Assembly (NCBI GenBank): GCA_009602735.1
Contig: WELA01003517.1
Span: 242,900 to 306,899, forward strand
Reading direction: 5' to 3'
Length of the DNA: 64,000 nucleotides
Source of the DNA: Mesotaenium endlicherianum
Taxonomy: Eukaryota
The translations under genes were made by a program, and so were the position numbers. This document shows positions 12,901-24,306 of the stretch, in pieces. Numbering within the stretch: position 1 is the first letter of the stretch; each line of letters starts with the position of its first letter. The notes under the pieces are model-generated. The model ran no database searches, was not told where the DNA came from, and worked only from the letters and a program-made list of their open reading frames with translations.

Positions 12901-14379
12901 ATGGTAAGGACAAGGTCTCAAACTAGCAACTCCCGAGACATGGAGAACCAGGATAACGAGAATGTCCAAAACCAGGCGGAAAGCCATGTAGCGGGAAACC
13001 GTACCTATTCGGAAGCAGTAGCGGATACTGCAGCTAGGGAGGCTGCAGATGAGGCAGCTGCTATTGCCTCAGTCGCAGCTCAGCAAGCTGAGGAGGAGAT
13101 AGCCAGACTAGAAGCTGAACAAGTAGCAAAGGCCGCTGAAGATATACAAAGGAGGGAAGGACAGCCAGCTGACGAGCGCACTGTTGAAGAACTTATGGCA
13201 TCAAGGGCCAATGTTCTGAACCCACCTCCTGCCGTACAACTCAATGTACCCCTAGGTCAAATACGTGACCGGCTGAATGCGGCAGGAATTGCTGCTGCAG
13301 GAGCAAGAGGGATTGTTGAGGACACTACTCAGCGAGTAGATGCCAATGCTGCTGCTGCATTTGCTAATCTACCACCCCAAAATGTAGACTTGGGAGCATT
13401 GTTCGTTCAGATGCAGTCGCAAATGGCGACCATGTATCAGTCCCAGCAGGAGGACAAAAGAATCATAATGTCCCTACTCCGGGACAGAGACCAACTGGGG
13501 TCTCACACCACTAGTGGTGGTGGCCGAGGGCCTAGTAAGCCCAAGCCGAAACCTCCCCAGGACTATGATCCTGAGGGAAACAGAAAATATTACCTGATCA
13601 AGTTTCTCGCGGATGTTGAGCAGTGGCTGGAGAACTACCCAGAACTGCAAGATTACGAGAAGGTCAGGCACACCGGTGCGCTACTGAAAGGCAGTGCCGC
13701 AGACTGGTGGCTTTACTGGAAGGAAGAGCGTAAGGCTCGGCAACTCGGTGACCCTACGTGGGTAGAGTTTGTCGAGAAGTTGCATGAGAAGTTTGATGTC
13801 ATCAACCAGCAGGAGAAAGCTATCTATGCGATGATCTCCCTGACACTGAAGCAGACCACTTCAGTTGCTGAGTTTGCTCAAAAGTTCCAAGAGAACATGA
13901 TGAAGCAGCCTGATTTGCCAGAACGGTATAGGATAGCATACTTCAGGTATGGCTTGAAATCCGAGGTCTCTGGTCATTTTGCTGAGAAAAAGTATGAGAA
14001 ACTGGCTGACTTGATCCAGGATGCTGACGCCTGGGATCAGCAGCAGTTCAATCACAAGCGCCAGAGTAACGCTTTGGTGTCTAAGATTGTCAAAAAGCCC
14101 CACGGTTCCTACAATGCAGTTGAAGGAGACCAGGCTGAGGATAATCAGGGTGATGAATATGAGTATGAGTACAATGCTATTCAGTCTAGAGGTAGAGGTG
14201 GTCCCTCTCGAGGTGGCTATGGAAGGGGTGGTGGTAGGACTAAGCCGAGACCAGCCTCAGCAAAATCTACTTGCTACCATTGTCAGCAGAAAGGCCACTA
14301 CAGAGAACAGTGTCCGGTCAAGCACCTGCCTAAGGTCGAGAGAAAAGACCAGCCTTTAAAAGACAGCAACAGTCAGTAA
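12901..14379 (+). CDS. gag: Gag, 492 aa, intact
   Basis: MVRTRSQ start, retrotransposon capsid-like region (AADWW...[13 protein letters not shown]), RG-rich stretch and CCHC knuckle [14 protein letters not shown]. Confidence 0.92.
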   Translation: MVRTRSQTSNSRDMENQDNENVQNQAESHVAGNRTYSEAVADTAAREAADEAAAIASVAAQQAEEEIARLEAEQVAKAAEDIQRREGQPADERTVEELMASRANVLNPPPAVQLNVPLGQIRDRLNAAGIAAAGARGIVEDTTQRVDANAAAAFANLPPQNVDLGALFVQMQSQMATMYQSQQEDKRIIMSLLRDRDQLGSHTTSGGGRGPSKPKPKPPQDYDPEGNRKYYLIKFLADVEQWLENYPELQDYEKVRHTGALLKGSAADWWLYWKEERKARQLGDPTWVEFVEKLHEKFDVINQQEKAIYAMISLTLKQTTSVAEFAQKFQENMMKQPDLPERYRIAYFRYGLKSEVSGHFAEKKYEKLADLIQDADAWDQQQFNHKRQSNALVSKIVKKPHGSYNAVEGDQAEDNQGDEYEYEYNAIQSRGRGGPSRGGYGRGGGRTKPRPASAKSTCYHCQQKGHYREQCPVKHLPKVERKDQPLKDSNSQ

Positions 14380-17300
14380 TCCAGTCTACTGACTGTGAGG
14401 ATGCTAGAGATAGTGAGTCGTCACTAGCTGCCCTCGTAGCAGGTATTATGGGTCCTGCTGAACTGGATTCACTATGCATGCCTGACAACCAGATAAAGGA
14501 GACCATCAGCAATATAGACGTCCAGAGAGTGCACACTCTGGATGCTCTTGTTCCACCTGATGTCCAACATTTCTTTGCTACGTCAGGAGAACAATGCGAA
14601 AGTCAGGAAAAGACAGTCCCCCCTATCCTACTGCATTGCATGATTGCAGGTAGGAAGGTGAGGGCATTTGTTGACGGAGGGGCGTCACATACTTTTATCC
14701 ACAAGGACTTAGTTAAGCGGCTAAGGCTGCCTACTGTCACCCAAGGGAATAGAAAAATATTCCTTGGAGATGCCTCAAGTATCCCGGGAGGAGTTATAAC
14801 CAAGCCTATTGAGGTCCAGTTAGGTTCTGGCATTGCAGTTCTAACTGAAACGCTTACATTTGAGGTACTCAACACTGGCTTTTATGATCTCGTGCTAGGC
14901 AGGTCCTGGCTTAATAGACATCAAGCTGAAGTGTGTTGGAGCAGAGGTACAGTTAAAGTGAGAGGAGCCAGTGATGGGCAGACTGACTTGGCACCCACCA
15001 GTGCTCTTCCTCTTGTCCTGTGTGGATGGCAAATGAAGGAAAAGAAGAGGCTTCCAGAAGGATGCAAGTTGCTGAATGCAATGGAGTTCGTCAAAAGCTG
15101 GAACCAGAAGGAAGACAGAATGTTCTGTCTGCTGCTAAGAGAGGTACCTCCTCAACCTGAAGAAGTGGTTGAGAAAAAGGTACACCCTCCGGAACACCCT
15201 ACTGCTGCAAACATTGTTGCTCAGTACACGGATGTGTTTAATATGCCTCCAGGACTACCCCCTAAGCGGGAAGTAGATCATAGGATTGATTTATTACCTG
15301 GTAGCCAGCCACCCTGGCAACGCACGTATGGCTTGTCTTATTTGGAGAGTGAGGAGTTGAAAACACAGATTGCAGAGCTGGAGGAAAATGGTTACATTTC
15401 TCCCAGTAAATCACCGTACGGCGCACCTATCCTATTTGTTAAGAAAAAGGATGGCAGTATGCGGATGTGTGTGGATTACAGAGCCCTGAACAGAATTACA
15501 GTAAAGAACAAGTATGCTTTACCCAGAATCGAGGACTTGCTTGATACCCTGTCTGGCGCTAAGGTGTTCAGTAAGATAGATCTCAAGAGTGGTTATCATC
15601 AAATCAGAATTGCTGAGGGGGATGAACACAAGACTGCTTTCCGCACACGTTATGGACACTATGAGTTCAACGTGATGCCATTTGGACTGACTAATGCTCC
15701 TGCTACCTTTATGGGTGCTATGAATGACATTTTCAGACCTTATTTGGATAAGTTTGTGCAAGTTTTCCTGGATGATATTTTAATTTTCTCTAAAGATGAA
15801 GCTCAGCACACTGAACACTTAAAGAAAGTGCTGGACACTCTGCGGAAAAATCACTTGTATGCTAAAATGAGCAAGTGTGATTTCTTTAAGGAAAGTATTG
15901 AATTCTTAGGCCACGTTGTCAGTAAAGAGGGCATCAGTGTGGATCCTAAGAAAGTCCAGACCATAAGGGACTGGCCAGTACCACAGTCTGTCTCTGAAGT
16001 TAGATCCTTCCTCGGGTTGGCTAACTACTATAGGAGATTTATTGAGAATTATTCCACAAAGGCCAGTAAACTGACTGACCTTACTAAGAAAGACATCGGG
16101 TATGTGTGGGGGGAAGAGCAGCAGGCTGCCTTCCAGACCCTTAAAGATGCCCTTTGTTCTGCCCCAGTGCTAGCCGTGTATGACCCCAGCAAACCGGTGC
16201 AGGTGGTTACTGATGCCTCTGATTTTGCCATGGGTGCTATTTTGTTGCAGCCTGCTGACAAAACCACAAAGGATGGTAAGGTACGGCAGGAGTGGCATCC
16301 TGTGTTGTATGAGTCTATGAAATTTAATCCAGCGGAGATTAATTACTCAGTGCATGATAAAGAGCTGCTAGCTATCATTCATGTACTCAAACAGTGGAGA
16401 GCATACTTACATGGTAAAGCTTTTAAGGTGATTACAGATCATCTAGCTCTGACCCACTTTCAGAAGAAGTCCAAGCTGTCGAGGAGGGAGAACCGCTGGA
16501 GCCAGATGCTGGAGCAGTTCCAAGTCCAGATCGACTACAAACCAGGGAAGTTGAATCCTGCTGATGCACTCTCTAGAAGACCTGACTTGCAAGAAAGGAA
16601 CTTTAGTCAGCATGCTGTAGATAAAGTCCTGTGTGCACTCACTTCACTAAAGGTGAAAAAGTCCTTCCTTGAACAACTTAGGAAAGCCTACCTTTCTGAC
16701 CCAACATTTGAGCCCAGCCCCACTACTGGTATGTGTCGTGCTACCGCACTCGGGTATAAGCTCAAGGGAGGGGTCTGGGTGACTGAAACCACTTCAGGCA
16801 GGCTGAAGCTGGTCATTCCTAATAATTTGGAAATAAGGTCTCTCTTACTGAGTCAAGCTCATGACAGTCTCCTGGGTGGACATTTGGGGCAGGCCAAAAC
16901 TGTTGGCAAACTGGCAAAACATTATCATTGGGAGGGGTTACCCCGGGAGGTCTTGAAATATGTCAAGTCCTGTGACCAGTGTCAGAGAAATAAGTCTCGG
17001 CACACACCACCCGGAGGTCTCTTGCAACCGCTGCCCATCCCAGCTGGACGCTGGGAAACTATATCCATGGACTGGGTGGTCTCACTACCAAGAACTGCCA
17101 ACGGGCATGATTCAATACTGGTAGTCGTGGATAAACTGACAAAAATGGTCATTTTTATCCCCACAACTGTCAAAGTGACTGCACTCGAAACAGCGAGACA
17201 GTTTTACAACCATGTAGTATGCCAACATGGGCTCCCTTCTAATATCATCTCAGACAGAGACTCAAAATTCACCTCTAAGTTCTGGAGAGCTTTAATGGGG

Positions 17301-18164
17301 TTAATGGGAGTCAAACAGCTGCTCAGCACAGCAAACCACCCTCAGACTGATGGGCAGACTGAAAGAACTAACCGAGTTCTGCAGGAGGTGCTGAGAGCAT
17401 ATATTAACCAAAAACAAGATAATTGGGATGACCTGTTGCCTCAAATTCAGTTTGCGGTCAACAGTGCGGTGCACGCGTCAACGGGCAAGACTCCTTTTGA
17501 ACTCAGCCTGGGTAGAGTCCCTAAGTCTCCTCTAGATGTGCTAGGGGAATCTTTAACTCACCCTGAAGGGATTGACAACCCGGTCTCCCTCCAGTTAACT
17601 CAGGAGTTTGCTGACACCCTGTCAGAAGTCCAACAAAACCTGCACAAAGCCCAAGAAAACCAACAAAAATACGCTAATCAACACCGTCGGGAGCTGACAT
17701 TTTCTAAGGGCGATTTAGTCAAACTGCATTCTCAGCACCTGTACCTCCCTGGTGTGGTCAAGAAAAAGCTTGGCCCTGTCTGGGTCGGTCCATATTCGGT
17801 GGTCCGTCGTGTCGGTCAGAATGCTTACAAACTGAACATGTCAGCTGACTACAAGGGTCACCCGGTCTTTAATGTCTCCTTCCTGGAACCATACATCAAA
17901 GGTGATACACTGTTCACAGGTCGGTTACCTGTCCAACCGGGACCGGTCCCCGCTGTCCGGGACGGCGATCCTGAGGAATATGAGGTCGATGAGATTTTAG
18001 ACGCTCGCTCGGTCCGTCGATCGTCTAAATATGTCATGAAGTACCTCATCCGATGGAAGGGTTACGATGCCTCTGGGGACACTTGGGAATTTAAAGATCA
18101 GCTGACCAATGCCAAAGGGGCGTTGAAACGGTTCCACCTTCGGGCGGCTGGGGCACCTCCCTAA
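14355..18164 (+). CDS. pol: Pol (PR-RT-RNaseH-INT-chromodomain), intact, in -1 frame relative to gag
   Basis: [36 protein letters not shown]; RNase H VTDASD; INT H-H-C-C (HDSLLGGH...CDQC), core [18 protein letters not shown] motif; chromodomain YEVDEILD...YLIRWKGY...DTWE retaining the aromatic-cage residues (group I type). Confidence 0.95.
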   Translation, partial: FKRQQQSVIQSTDCEDARDSESSLAALVAGIMGPAELDSLCMPDNQIKETISNIDVQRVHTLDALVPPDVQHFFATSGEQCESQEKTVPPILLHCMIAGRKVRAFVDGGASHTFIHKDLVKRLRLPTVTQGNRKIFLGDASSIPGGVITKPIEVQLGSGIAVLTETLTFEVLNTGFYDLVLGRSWLNRHQAEVCWSRGTVKVRGASDGQTDLAPTSALPLVLCGWQMKEKKRLPEGCKLLNAMEFVKSWNQKEDRMFCLLLREVPPQPEEVVEKKVHPPEHPTAANIVAQYTDVFNMPPGLPPKREVDHRIDLLPGSQPPWQRTYGLSYLESEELKTQIAELEENGYISPSKSPYGAPILFVKKKDGSMRMCVDYRALNRITVKNKYALPRIEDLLDTLSGAKVFSKIDLKSGYHQIRIAEGDEHKTAFRTRYGHYEFNVMPFGLTNAPATFMGAMNDIFRPYLDKFVQVFLDDILIFSKDEAQHTEHLKKVLDTLRKNHLYAKMSKCDFFKESIEFLGHVVSKEGISVDPKKVQTIRDWPVPQSVSEVRSFLGLANYYRRFIENYSTKASKLTDLTKKDIGYVWGEEQQAAFQTLKDALCSAPVLAVYDPSKPVQVVTDASDFAMGAILLQPADKTTKDGKVRQEWHPVLYESMKFNPAEINYSVHDKELLAIIHVLKQWRAYLHGKAFKVITDHLALTHFQKKSKLSRRENRWSQMLEQFQVQIDYKPGKLNPADALSRRPDLQERNFSQHAVDKVLCALTSLKVKKSFLEQLRKAYLSDPTFEPSPTTGMCRATALGYKLKGGVWVTETTSGRLKLVIPNNLEIRSLLLSQAHDSLLGGHLGQAKTVGKLAKHYHWEGLPREVLKYVKSCDQCQRNKSRHTPPGGLLQPLPIPAGRWETISMDWVVSLPRTANGHDSILVVVDKLTKMVIFIPTTVKVTALETARQFYNHVVCQHGLPSNIISDRDSKFTSKFWRALMGLMGVKQLLSTANHPQTDGQTERTNRVLQEVLRAYINQKQDNWDDLLPQIQFAVNSAVHASTGKTPFELSLGRVPKSPLDVLGESLTHPEGIDNPVSLQLTQEFADTLSEVQQNLHKAQENQQKYANQHRRELTFSKGDLVKLHSQHLYLPGVVKKKLGPVWVGPYSVVRRVGQNAYKLNMSADYKGHPVFNVSFLEPYIKGDTLFTGRLPVQPGPVPAVRDGDPEEYEVDEILDARSVRRSSKYVMKYLIRWKGYDASGDTWEFKDQLTNAKGALKRFHLRAAGAPP

Positions 18165-18488
18165 CAGTCATTTCAGTTGACACGGGAAGGTGACAGGAGG
18201 TCCTGTCTCCATATAAGTTGGAGGGGGATGTGACAGTTAGTGACAGTTGTGACAGGCAGCCCACCTTTAAAATTAAGTTGGAGGGAGTGGTATTCTCTGA
18301 TCACCATATTACACACTCAACCTGCGCTCACACTCACTTGCTCTCTAACTCAATTTTCCCTTATATTCACTCACACCAGGTATTCCACACTAGGAACTCT
18401 CCCGATCGCGTTCCTCTTCATCAAGGGCACTCAGTAGCGGCAAAATATCATGACTTCACTAACTGCATTGTGTTTATGATTGAGCAGG

Positions 18489-20155
18489 ATGACTCAAAAG
18501 TCGGAACTCAAGAGGAAGAGAAGGGCGGAAGAGGCACATGCAGAATACTTGCAATTCCGTGGAGACATCGAATCATCTTCCATCTCCGCTCGGGAATCAC
18601 AACGACTCCAACAACAGCGGGAGGCACAGAAGAAGAAGGAGGAGGAGGAACAGGCCAGACTGAGGCAGGAAGAAATGGACAGAAAAGCTGCAGAGGAGGC
18701 CAAGAAAGCAGAGGAGGAGAGGCAAGCTGAGGAGAAGCGGAAGCAGCAGGCTGAAGAAGAAGAACAGAGGAGAATCAGCAGCTACCGCTACACGGTGCTG
18801 GGCAAGGGCTTTGATCTACTGGAGGAGGCCTTCAAGTATGCCCAGAGAAGTCGCAGTGAGTCGCAGAAGGAAATCCTCCAGAAGGAAGGGGAGACATCCG
18901 AAAACTTTGACAAGTATATAGAGGTCGGCACAGGGCTCCTCCTCTACCACGATTACGCCAGGATGGTAGGATATACCATCGGAGAGGCCAAGGCAATGGC
19001 CCAGGTGAACGAAGCAGGAGCTGTCTCGATTCCTGGTATCTGGGGGGCAGATAGGGTCATCAGGATGATCCCCATGGACGCGGACAGCTTCAAGGACTCA
19101 ACACCCCACAACAGGTTCAAGGCCATGTACAATGAGGTGGAGAGGAGGAGCTGGGAATTCTTGGCCAGAGAAACCAGTCAGCTGGACTTTGCAGGGCACT
19201 GGTACCCTTGTACTCTCAAAAAGACAGACGCTGCCTTCTTCCAAAAGCCCACTGATTGGCGGTGGATGACCATCAACATGAGGGACCAGCAGAATGACAG
19301 GGCGACGGATGAGGATTTCCTGACAGACCTAAAGGGGAACATAGTATTGCCCCCTCACATTGCGGCTTGGGACCCAAGATTGGATGGAGTCAGAGACTGC
19401 ATGAGCCAAGAGATGCAGGGGGACAGAAGCAGGGCCCGAGAGTCATTCTCCAAAGGGAAGCACGCTTATGCCAAATGGGCAAGTAAGCAGGGGGAAAAGG
19501 ACCTCTATGCGGTCCGGACTCAGCAGCCCCCACCAGCACCCAAAAGGGGAAGGTCAGTAGGATATTCTTTTTCTCGGGAAGAGCTGGAGCAGCGGACAGA
19601 GGAGACCCCAGAAGTCTCAGAGGAACTCGGGGACAACGAGGAGGCGGAGTCGGAGGAAGACGAGGAGGAAGGCGAGGAGGAGGACACTAGCCCCGCCGTG
19701 ATCCTGACACCTGCCTCATCCCCTGTAAGGGAGAAGCGGGGTGGGCCCCGCCGCAACCCGCTCAAGAGGAGGATATCACTTGGCTGGGGACTGCCAGAGG
19801 ACAGAGCCCATCTCCAGGCAAGGAGACCCAGTCGGACAGGGCAGAGAGGAGGGCTGCTCGGGAAATAGCCAGAGGCCTGCCAGCATCTCCCTCGCAGAGA
19901 GGGCATGTACCCTTGGCTCATGTCATGCAACATCCTTCTGGGATGCCGGTATACGTACCTGTCAGTTTGAGGGCTGCCCAGGAGAAGGCTGCCTCCCTTC
20001 AGTTTCAGACTGTGCAGGAGGAAACAGCCCAGTTACTACGTTCTCCGCCGGGTCCTTACACGGAACCCCCTTCTCTGACAGGCTTCAAAAGACCCCAAGA
20101 CAGGAGGAGGTCTGGCTCCCCTGAGCATAGGGCCTCAGGGATATCTCCCTCCTAA
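18489..20155 (+). CDS. ORF3 type I, accessory protein of unknown function (~555 aa consensus; 1-nt frameshift near 19737 in this copy)
   Basis: ATG at 18489. Homologous frames in copies C (34669-36330) and D, and a diverged paralog at 24307. Copy C reads through the region where B is shifted. Confidence 0.85.
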
Positions 20156-20204
20156 GGGCAGCAGGCTGGGGATAAGAGGGACAGCACGCTGTTACTAGTG
20201 ATAG

Positions 20205-20240
20205 TGTTGTCGAGGCGACAACATGATAAGTTGGAGGGAT
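20205..20240 (+). promoter_or_regulatory. Terminal hairpin (TGTTGTCG-AGG-CGACAACA) plus polypurine tract (AAGTTGGAGGGAT)
   Basis: Directly precedes the 3' LTR TG. Related modules sit before the LTRs at 11245, 36450 and 48627. Confidence 0.85.
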
Positions 20241-23200
20241 TGTAATGAATCAGTATATTGGTCGATATGATATTCATTTAAATAATATAGTTATATAAGT
20301 TCAGCCTGCTGGACTCTAGTTAATAATCAGTCTGCTGGACTTTATACTTAATATCAATTTAATGACTTGGCCGCAAGTAGCAGGCTGAGGCCACCTTAAG
20401 TCAGCTTGCTGACACATTCTTTGACAGCCAGCTGACTTCCGTACTCGGTAGCAGCGAACTGCCTCAATATGCATCTAAGTGTGGTATGCTAGATGAATGG
20501 CCACATGACATCCCTATGATGGATGGCTATTCGGGATGATGGGAGATGGCAGTGGATTTGGTTAACTGAGGTCCTACCAACGTGGTTAACTCCCGGGTAG
20601 GCGGTGCCATCGCACTGACCGTTGAACAGTAAACTCATTCCATGTACATACGCTAGGCATTGCTCTCGAGTTCGGCATTCGGAAACGAGGCCAACTCTCT
20701 TGTACAGCTTACTGAGAGAGATCTGAATCCAAGGCGAGAAGCCATTGATACGCACTGTCTTCTAACCTTGCTTATGTATGAGTTTACTGATTTGCATTAT
20801 TGATGCTAGTTTACTCTCATTTGACTGACGAGTATTATTCACTGCTGGTGCGTTGTCCTTTTGCCGTTAAACAGTTAACAGAAAGTACCATAAAGATTAC
20901 TCGCTGATATAAAGATCTTTATTAATTGTTAATCGCCTATTTGGTAAGTCGATTCATTTTANNNNNNTAACTGGCCAGTACCACAGTCTGTCTCTGAAGT
21001 TAGATCCTTCCTCGGGTTGGCTAACTACTATGGGAGATTTATTGAGAACTATTCTACAAAGGCCAGTAAAGTGATTGACCTTACTAAGAAAGACATAGGG
21101 TATGTGTGGGGGGAAGAGCAGCAGGCTGCCTTCCAGACCCTTAAAGATGCTCTTTGTTCTGCCCCAGTGCTAGCCGTGTATGACCCCAGCAAACCGGTGC
21201 AGGTGGTTACTGATGCCTCTGACTTTGCCATGGGTGCTATTTTGTTGCAGCCTGCTGACAAAACCACAAAGGATGGTAAGGTACGGCAGGAGTGGCATCC
21301 TGTGTTGTACGAGTCTATGAAATTTAATCCAGCGGAGATTAATTACTCAGTGCATGATAAAGAGCTGCTAGCTATCATTCATGTGCTCAAACAGCGAAGA
21401 GCATACTTACATGGTAAGGCCTTTAAGGTGATTACAGATCATCTAGCTCTGACTCACTTTCAAAAGAAGTCCAAGCTATCGAGGAGGGAGAATCGCTGGA
21501 GCCAGATGCTGGAGCAGTTCCAAGTCCAAATCGACTACAAACCAGGGAAGTTGAATCCTGCTGATGCACTCTCTAGAAGACCTGACTTGCAAGAAAGGAA
21601 CTTTAGTCAGCATGCTGTATATAAAGTCTTGTGGGCACTCTCTTCACTAAAGGTGAAAAAGTCCTTCCTTGAACAACTTAGGAAAGCCTACCTTTCTGAC
21701 CCAACATTTGAGCCCAGCCCCACTACTGGTGTGTGTCGTGCTACTACACTCCGGTATAAACTTAAGGGAGGGGTCTGGGTGACTGAAACCACTTCAGGCA
21801 GGCTGAAGCTGGTCATTCCTAATAACGTGGTAATAAGGTCCCTTTTATTGAGTCAAGCACATGACAATCTACTGGGTGGGCTTTTGAGGCAGGCCAAAAC
21901 TGTTGGCAAACTGGTAAAACATTATCATTGGGAGGGATTACCTCGGGAGGTCTTGAAATACGTTAAGTCTCGTGACCAATGTCAAAAGAATAAGTCTAGC
22001 CACACATCACCCGGGGGCCACTTACAATCGCTGCCCATCCCAGCTGGCCGCTGGGAAACAATATCAATGGACTGGGTGGTCACACTGCCACGAACTGCCA
22101 ATGGGCATGATTCGATTCTTGTAGTCGTGGATAAACCGACAAAAATGGTCATTTTTATCCCCACAACTGTCAAAGTAACTGCACTCGAAACAGCGAGACA
22201 GTTCTACAAGCATGTAGTATGCCACCATGGGCTACCCTCTATTATAATCTCAGACAGAGACTCAAAATTTACCTCTAAGTTCTGGAGGGCTTAATGGGGT
22301 TAATGGGAGTCAAACAGCTGCTCAGCATAGCAAACCATCCTCAGATTGATGGGCAGACTGAAAGAACTAATTGAGTTCTTCAAGAGGTACTGAGAGCCTA
22401 TATTAACCAAAAACAAGATAATTGGGATGACCTGTTACCCCAAATCCAATTTGCGGTCGACATGTGCAGTGCACGCGTCAACGGGCAAGACTCCTTTTGA
22501 ACTAAGCCTGGGTAGAGTCCCTAAGTCTCCTTTAGATATCCTAGGGGAGTCTTTAACTCACCCTGAAGGGATTGACAATCCGGTCTCCCTCCAGTTAACT
22601 CAGGAGTTTGCTGACACCCTGTCAGAATTCCAGCAGAACTTGCACAAAGCCCAAGAAAACCAATAAAAGTACGCTAATCAGCACCGTCGAGAACTGACCT
22701 TTTCTAAGGGCAATTTGGTCAAACTGCATTCTCAGCACCTGTACCTCCCTGGTGTGTTCAAGAAAAAGCTTGGTCCTGTCTGGGTCGGTTCATATTCAGT
22801 GATGGGCCGTGTCGGTCAGAACGCTTACGAACTAAACATGTCAGCAGAATACAAGGGTCACCCGGTCTTTAATGTTTCCTTCCTTGAACCCTACATCAAA
22901 GGGGACACAGTGTTCACAGGTCGGTTACCTGTCCAACCGAGACCGGTCCCCGCTGTCCGGGATGGTGACCCTGAGGAATATGAGGTTGAGGAGATTTTAG
23001 ACGCGCGCTCGGGCCGTCGACCGTCTAAATATGTCATGAAGTACCTCATTCGATGGAAGGGTTACGATGCCTCTGGGGACACTTGGGAATTTAAGGACCA
23101 TTTGACCAATGCCAAAGGGGCGTTGAAACGGTTCCACCTTCGGGCGGCTGGAGCCCCTCCATAACTGTCATTTCAGTTGACACGGGAAGGTGACAGGCGG

Positions 23201-23559
23201 TCCTGTCTCCATTTAAGTTGGAGGGGAAAATATATGACAGTTAGTGTGCGAGAGCGAGAAAGGGACAGTCATGTGAACCCTAAGTGTCAGCATAGTGACA
23301 GATGGGACAGCCTGGCCCACATAAAGCACCTTGGGCAGAAGGAAAAAGGGCCTCGCACAGCAATACATCACTTAGCGCACCTTAAAATACATTCATACGT
23401 TTATGTCTACGGACCGCAACTACGTCAACTCTTAGCAATCACCCGGTAAGGTAAACAGAGGCGAATCCACCATACTAATACGAACATACTTCGTGCCTGC
23501 AATTCCTATGACAAAGGTCGATATCCTACTAACTTGTACCCTGGTTACATGTGCAGGAT

Positions 23560-24303
23560 TGAAAGGGGCAGAGTGCCCTAGTGGAAGCGTAGTGACTCGC
23601 GAGGAAAGAAACTAGTTGCAATCATACTAAAGAGTGCAGCGGCATATTGCTAAGAAAGCTTAGGAAAATTACTTGACATTTTGAGTGGCAAGAAACTGCT
23701 CACAAATGGTTTGGTATGAAAGGCCTTGTCATTACAAACCCGTAGAAATTTACAGAAGTGAAAACTGATCAGAATTGAAGAAGTTATGCCTATTTATAAT
23801 TTTCTGCCTAAGTGCTCCTCTCTAGGAGGAAGCTACGGATTTTCCCAAGTGTTCGTCAAATCGTCCCTTCCAGAATATTCGTGAGTAAGCCAGATCAGTC
23901 TAATCTGACATGTCGAGCCGAATTGACGTCCACATACATGCATCGACATTACTAGAATATTCTATCTTAGACGCGCTAGGCTAAACCGAAACTTCTAGGT
24001 AAATCGACCTAATCGGCACTCCGCGTCAGCCGAACTTACGTGAAGGTTCGAGTTCATTCTAACGGGCCAGATCGCTCGACGCTGTCGGGCAATCCGACGG
24101 TCGCGCTCACCGCAAATTAAAAACAGTCGTTAACCGACCTCATAACTAACTAAACTTCAAAAATCCATAACTCTCTCAATACTTGACCAAATTCGATGAA
24201 TTTTATATCAAAATGACCACAAAAATGCACTCTACACGACTATACAATCAAAACATACTTTCATGAAACTCAAAAGTGCACTTTATAAACCTATGACCTT
24301 ACG
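23560..24303 (-). mobile_element. fam2 solo LTR (reverse)
   Basis: Reverse complement matches the LTRs of element E (TGTAAGGTCATAGG...CCCCTTTCA). TSD AGGAT at 23555-23559 and 24304-24308. Confidence 0.92.
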
Positions 24304-24306
24304 AGG

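Larger units (their letters stand above)
12146..20961 (+). mobile_element. Element B: full-length Ty3/gypsy chromovirus (fam1), LTR-PBS-gag-pol(CHD)-ORF3-PPT-LTR
   Basis: LTRs 12146-12866 and 20241-20961 (~720 bp, roughly 20 substitutions by eye). 5-bp TSD ACTGG at 12141-12145 and 20970-20974, with a small N gap in between. PBS and PPT present. Confidence 0.95.

Noticed and set aside
12901..12909. ATG|GTAAGG at the gag start as the donor for ORF3 splicing
   Set aside because: Joining it to CAG|GATG would put the gag ATG out of frame with ORF3
18218..18730. 170-aa ORF overlapping the ORF3 leader
   Set aside because: Alternative-frame shadow of a purine-rich region; broken in copy C and absent in type II
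19737..19868. Distinct C-terminus of B ORF3 (RGGPRRNPLKRR...)
   Set aside because: Results from a 1-nt deletion plus clustered mismatches versus copies C and D; a mutation or sequencing error, not a separate gene
18489..20155. ORF3 as a retroviral env-like gene
   Set aside because: The position fits, but there is no signal peptide or hydrophobic TM segment; the protein is highly charged with NLS-like motifs
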